Below, piece by piece: positions 60,417-64,000 of a DNA stretch of 64,000 bases (positions within the stretch are counted from its first letter, which is position 1; each line of letters begins with the position of its first letter). Source of the stretch: Candidatus Latescibacterota bacterium (GTDB lineage Bacteria; Latescibacterota; CBDEFO01); NCBI GenBank assembly GCA_965237525.1, contig CBDEFO010000007.1:544001-608000 (forward strand). The letters run 5' to 3'. The notes beneath the pieces are model-generated. The model had not been told where the DNA came from, made no database searches, and saw only the letters and a list, made by a program, of their open reading frames with translations. A program made the position numbers and the translations under genes.

Positions 60417-61919
60417 TCAGTCCTCGATCCAGAAAGAATAGAGTTTTGCGTTGCGCAGTGTGAAGTGAAGGGTCACTTCTCGACCCTTCAAGTTTGCCAT
60501 GTTCCCCTGCGTCCAGGTCACTTCTCCGTCAGGTCGATCGCCCGTCAGCGGTGCCGATGCGGCCAGCGCCACCCCCTGCCCGTCCAGTACCTCTGTGCAA
60601 AGCTCGCCCTTCGACGCATCAGCATTGACATACACCTTATCTCCGAAAAGTGTGAAAGGTTTTGTGACCAGCAAGCCTTCTGTTTCTCCTGCATCCAATG
60701 AAAAGAATCCGTCCCGGCGCAGCACGGCTAGGCAGATAGCACCGGTGTCAGGATCCAATGTGTGGACATCGGCCAATTCGTATGCCTCGCGATACTTCAG
60801 GCCGGTGTAGTAAAACCATAGCTCATCGCCGCGCACCACAGGGGCAGAGGGACCGATGATCTGTGTCAGGTCATAGGCACCGGCGTCTTTGGGAGATGGA
60901 CCGATGAACGGCTTGCGATCGCCCAGGCGTTTCCAGTTCTTCAGATCACGGCTGCAGGTCAGTTGAACCAGGTGGAAGCCCTCGGTGTTGGAACCGTCAG
61001 CGCTCGGGCCAGTGGCGTGGTACATCGCCGGCATCCCGATGTAGAGCCCCTCGTAGCCAAATACACCCATGTTGTACACGTCGACGTTGTAGGTCGCCGG
61101 GTCGTTCGAAAAAAGCTGCTGTAACGTCGGGTCGGCAAAACGGGCCTTGATATTCTCTCGTCCGAGCTCCTGATCCAGATCGTCGGCGTGAAAGATCATC
61201 TTGGGCTCTGTCCAGTGCTCGAAGTTCATACTGGTGGATAGCCAGACCGACCGGCCATAGGGACCAAGATGTTTTACCGTCCCCTGACACACTATCACCG
61301 CATGTTTTACCGTGAGGATAAACAGATGCTCCTGCTCGTCAAAGGAGAAGTTATATTCATCGAAGCTCGGCACACCGGGGACATCGAGCATCTTCCAGTT
61401 CACCCCGTCAGGCGAGACTATGAACCCGACGTTGGGTATGGCTCCTTTATAGCGGCGGGCCGGATCAGGATCGGTCGCATTATATACAACCAGTCCAGGG
61501 CGGAAGTAGCCTCGATCACTCTGGACAGCCACATAGTTGTTCTCCCGTGAGCCCCGGTATTCCACTTGACCCACAACCGGCTTCGACCAGTGGAGTCCGT
61601 CTTTGCTCTCGTAGTAACCGGAGCAATATATCCCTCCGGCATGCAAATCGTTCGGAGTTGTGATATCCCAGAGTTTATATGTCTTCTCCTCGGGGTCCCA
61701 AATCGGCGCGGTGCGCGTTTGGACGACACCTCCCTCAGGGTTATCCGGGTCCTGTCTAATCACAGCTCCCTTCTTGGCAGGCTGATGCATGGTGCGCGTC
61801 AGATTCTCGATCCTCGCAATTCCGTGATCGTCGAAGAAGAGTTGCCTTTGCCCTGTTGGGACATGAAACTCCAGTTCTCTCCCTACCATATTAGCCTCAT
61901 ATTTTGTCACGATTGCCAT
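60417..61919 (-). CDS. Beta-propeller glycoside hydrolase-like hypothetical protein
   Basis: Repeated Asp-box-like S.DG..W motifs, DELWFYYTG, LRRDGFFSL C-terminal domain. Confidence 0.7.
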   Translation of the reverse strand: MAIVTKYEANMVGRELEFHVPTGQRQLFFDDHGIARIENLTRTMHQPAKKGAVIRQDPDNPEGGVVQTRTAPIWDPEEKTYKLWDITTPNDLHAGGIYCSGYYESKDGLHWSKPVVGQVEYRGSRENNYVAVQSDRGYFRPGLVVYNATDPDPARRYKGAIPNVGFIVSPDGVNWKMLDVPGVPSFDEYNFSFDEQEHLFILTVKHAVIVCQGTVKHLGPYGRSVWLSTSMNFEHWTEPKMIFHADDLDQELGRENIKARFADPTLQQLFSNDPATYNVDVYNMGVFGYEGLYIGMPAMYHATGPSADGSNTEGFHLVQLTCSRDLKNWKRLGDRKPFIGPSPKDAGAYDLTQIIGPSAPVVRGDELWFYYTGLKYREAYELADVHTLDPDTGAICLAVLRRDGFFSLDAGETEGLLVTKPFTLFGDKVYVNADASKGELCTEVLDGQGVALAASAPLTGDRPDGEVTWTQGNMANLKGREVTLHFTLRNAKLYSFWIED

Positions 61920-61956
61920 GTCGCGGCCCGCCGTTCGACTACCGCATAGGGAATTC

Positions 61957-62064
61957 AGCTTAACATCGTCATTGCTACCCCCATGTAGACAAGGGCGTAA
62001 GCATTAGGTGCGTGGCATTCTAATCCGAGTTTCCTCACAGCTATCCTCCATAAACAAGTAGGCA
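61957..62064 (-). repeat. 108-bp direct repeat, copy 2
   Basis: Matches 60267-60374. Confidence 0.9.
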
Positions 62065-62184
62065 TCGAACAGCGGGCGAGGCAATCCAGGTGAGATCGTT
62101 TCGCCCACTTCGTGGCTTGCTGACCGGGAATAGGGCCATGGTGAGTGGCAATTACGCTTCAGGGAGGATGGGCGTTGCCTCCGT

Positions 62185-62934
62185 CTACTGTCTACTGTCT
62201 ACTGTCTTTAGCCACTCCTCGTACTCCTTTTTGCCCTCTTCGTTTAGAGGATAGTATTTTTCCACGTCCCCTGTCTCTTGGAGTTTTATCCTCTCGAAGA
62301 TCTCACGTGTCTCCCGGGTGCGGCAGTATTCGATAACGTCAGGTGCAACTTTCGGAGGGATTACGACTACACCGTCGTCATCTCCGACTATAATGTCCCC
62401 CGGCATGACCAATACGCCGCCGCAACCGATCGGTTCGTTGTAGTCCCAGGGATACATCTCAAAGTGACCGGCGTTGTGCGGCGTTGCTCCCCTTAAAAAG
62501 AGGGGAAGTCCCAACTTCTTGGCGCGCGGAGTATCGCGGACGCAGCCGTCAACTACCAGACCCTTTGAGCCTTTTGCATGGATAGAGGTCATCAACATGT
62601 CGCCCAGACATCCGGTCTGCATATTGGCGCGGGTGTCCACTACAAGCACATCCCCTTCCTGAACAGCTATTACCGCGGCCCACAGAGCGGAACTTACCTC
62701 CTGTTCCTCTTCGGCCCGTCCTTTGATAATGTCCTCTCGCTTTGGCAGAAAGCTTAACGTAACCGCCGTGCCGACGGCCCTAAGCCCCGGCGTGAAGGCC
62801 ACGGGTCCCACCATAAAGGCCCTGAGAATCCCGCATCTTTCGCGCAGAGCAGAGCTAATGGTCGCAGTACCGAAATCCCAGAAAGGCTCTATAAGTTCTC
62901 CGGGTGGACGATCTATCTCTTTGAGTTTTACCAT
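62185..62934 (-). CDS. RraA/HMG aldolase family protein
   Basis: GTAVT, LGDML, DGCVRD, PGDIIVGDDDGVVVIP. Confidence 0.88.
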   Translation of the reverse strand: MVKLKEIDRPPGELIEPFWDFGTATISSALRERCGILRAFMVGPVAFTPGLRAVGTAVTLSFLPKREDIIKGRAEEEQEVSSALWAAVIAVQEGDVLVVDTRANMQTGCLGDMLMTSIHAKGSKGLVVDGCVRDTPRAKKLGLPLFLRGATPHNAGHFEMYPWDYNEPIGCGGVLVMPGDIIVGDDDGVVVIPPKVAPDVIEYCRTRETREIFERIKLQETGDVEKYYPLNEEGKKEYEEWLKTVDSRQ

Positions 62935-62959
62935 ATCACTATCTCCTGACAAGAATAAG

Positions 62960-64000
62960 TTACCCCAAAGTTGAGGGATACGGACCGTATTCGACTACGA
63001 TTTCCACATCTTCAATTATCACTCCTCCTTTGAACCCATCGGGTCTCCTATCCAGCAACACCTCTAACAGGTTCTCACCCTTGTGCGGACGTTCCCCTTC
63101 CAGGAGGAATTCCAACCACTGGCCGGCGTACGGAACATTACTATCTGTGATCTTATGTGTTCCACCAAAGGTGCGCGTGCAAGTCTCTTCGGACAGAGAC
63201 CTCCCGTTCAGCAGGATCGCAAGGTTGTCCGCCGTCACCAGATTACTGACGTTGATCCTAAGTCGTACTTCACGCACGCGATCAGAAGAACCTTGTATAT
63301 CATCTGATACATAGAAGGGGATCTCATAGCTTATGTTCGGGTCAGCAGACGGGATTTCAATCGGAAGTGCCGCATCGTAGACAAGCCCGACGTCTACCAC
63401 ATTTTCGCACCGCCTCGCCAAAACGTAGTGCTTTTTCCCTGCTTTTGATAGTTCTGGATCGCCTATCTCCGTGAGAATTCTACGCTCTGCATCTCCTAAT
63501 GGCCACTTCAAAAACCAGGTGTAGAGTCCATCGACGCCGCGATCCCAGAAGTTTCCCGCAGCAGCTCGCATCATCTCAGGCGTGGCATAGTTTCTCAGAT
63601 GAGATCCTACGCTCTCGTCTTCTGACCAGGGTTGAAGCACTGGGTAGACAGATGCGCTGTCGTTTTGATGAGCCGATTGAATGAGCCAATCGATGGGCAT
63701 GTCAGGGTCGAGTATAAAGTAGCCGTACAAAAGCGGCACCACAAAGTCAACGATTCCCTCCTCAAACCACGTGCGTACATCTAACCCCGCCTCAAGACAC
63801 ATCTTTTCGGTGGGGAATACTCGAGCGCCGATCTGACCGGGGTTGCCGGGCCTGTTTCGGACCATTTGGGAGATCTTACCGACGTACTCTGTCATCAATG
63901 GAGTTTGCTTTTCCACTTCGTCGGGCTTGAAGAAGAACGGGGGGTAGCCGAAGTCGAGCTCTATCCCCTCTACAGAATACTCTGTGGCCAGCTCCTCAAG
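62960..64000 (-). CDS. Glycosyl hydrolase-like TIM-barrel hypothetical protein; 5' end outside the window
   Basis: Frame open to 64000; EGIELDF, GLDVRTW, GVDGLY. Confidence 0.65.
   Translation of the reverse strand, partial: LEELATEYSVEGIELDFGYPPFFFKPDEVEKQTPLMTEYVGKISQMVRNRPGNPGQIGARVFPTEKMCLEAGLDVRTWFEEGIVDFVVPLLYGYFILDPDMPIDWLIQSAHQNDSASVYPVLQPWSEDESVGSHLRNYATPEMMRAAAGNFWDRGVDGLYTWFLKWPLGDAERRILTEIGDPELSKAGKKHYVLARRCENVVDVGLVYDAALPIEIPSADPNISYEIPFYVSDDIQGSSDRVREVRLRINVSNLVTADNLAILLNGRSLSEETCTRTFGGTHKITDSNVPYAGQWLEFLLEGERPHKGENLLEVLLDRRPDGFKGGVIIEDVEIVVEYGPYPSTLG

Noticed and set aside
62182..62207. Heptamer tandem repeat (GTCTACT) at the RraA stop codon
   Set aside because: Only about 3.5 units; simple sequence with no evident function
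1..64000. CRISPR array or cas genes
   Set aside because: No regularly spaced repeat-spacer array and no Cas motifs were seen

Overview
Bacterial sequence. The gene content (DUF6785-type membrane protein, Tat-exported aldo/keto reductase, many sugar-acid enzymes) suggests an uncultured Latescibacterota/Poribacteria-like organism; this is inference. Positions 1 to ~44,090 form a heavily decayed accessory region ending at the 3' end of tRNA-Lys(UUU). It contains a broken integron with a co-oriented intI and PhyH/HIT cassettes, an IS1595 element carrying a type II R-M pair, an intact cusCBA operon preceded by two metal-ligand-rich small ORFs, a large PAS/GAF/REC/HD-GYP signalling cluster, fliF/fliG and RsbR relics, two IS1182 copies, two MITE families, a 19-bp palindromic micro-insert and many pseudogenes. 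A promoter-driven, multi-hairpin candidate ncRNA lies at ~38.8-39.0 kb. The right-hand part is mostly intact: pterin-binding methyltransferase, an 844-aa tandem fusion of two class V FBP aldolase/phosphatase domains with complementary motif loss, moaE/moaD, a BMP-type ABC transporter, an MFS transporter and carbohydrate enzymes. All calls come from reading the sequence by eye; no searches were run.
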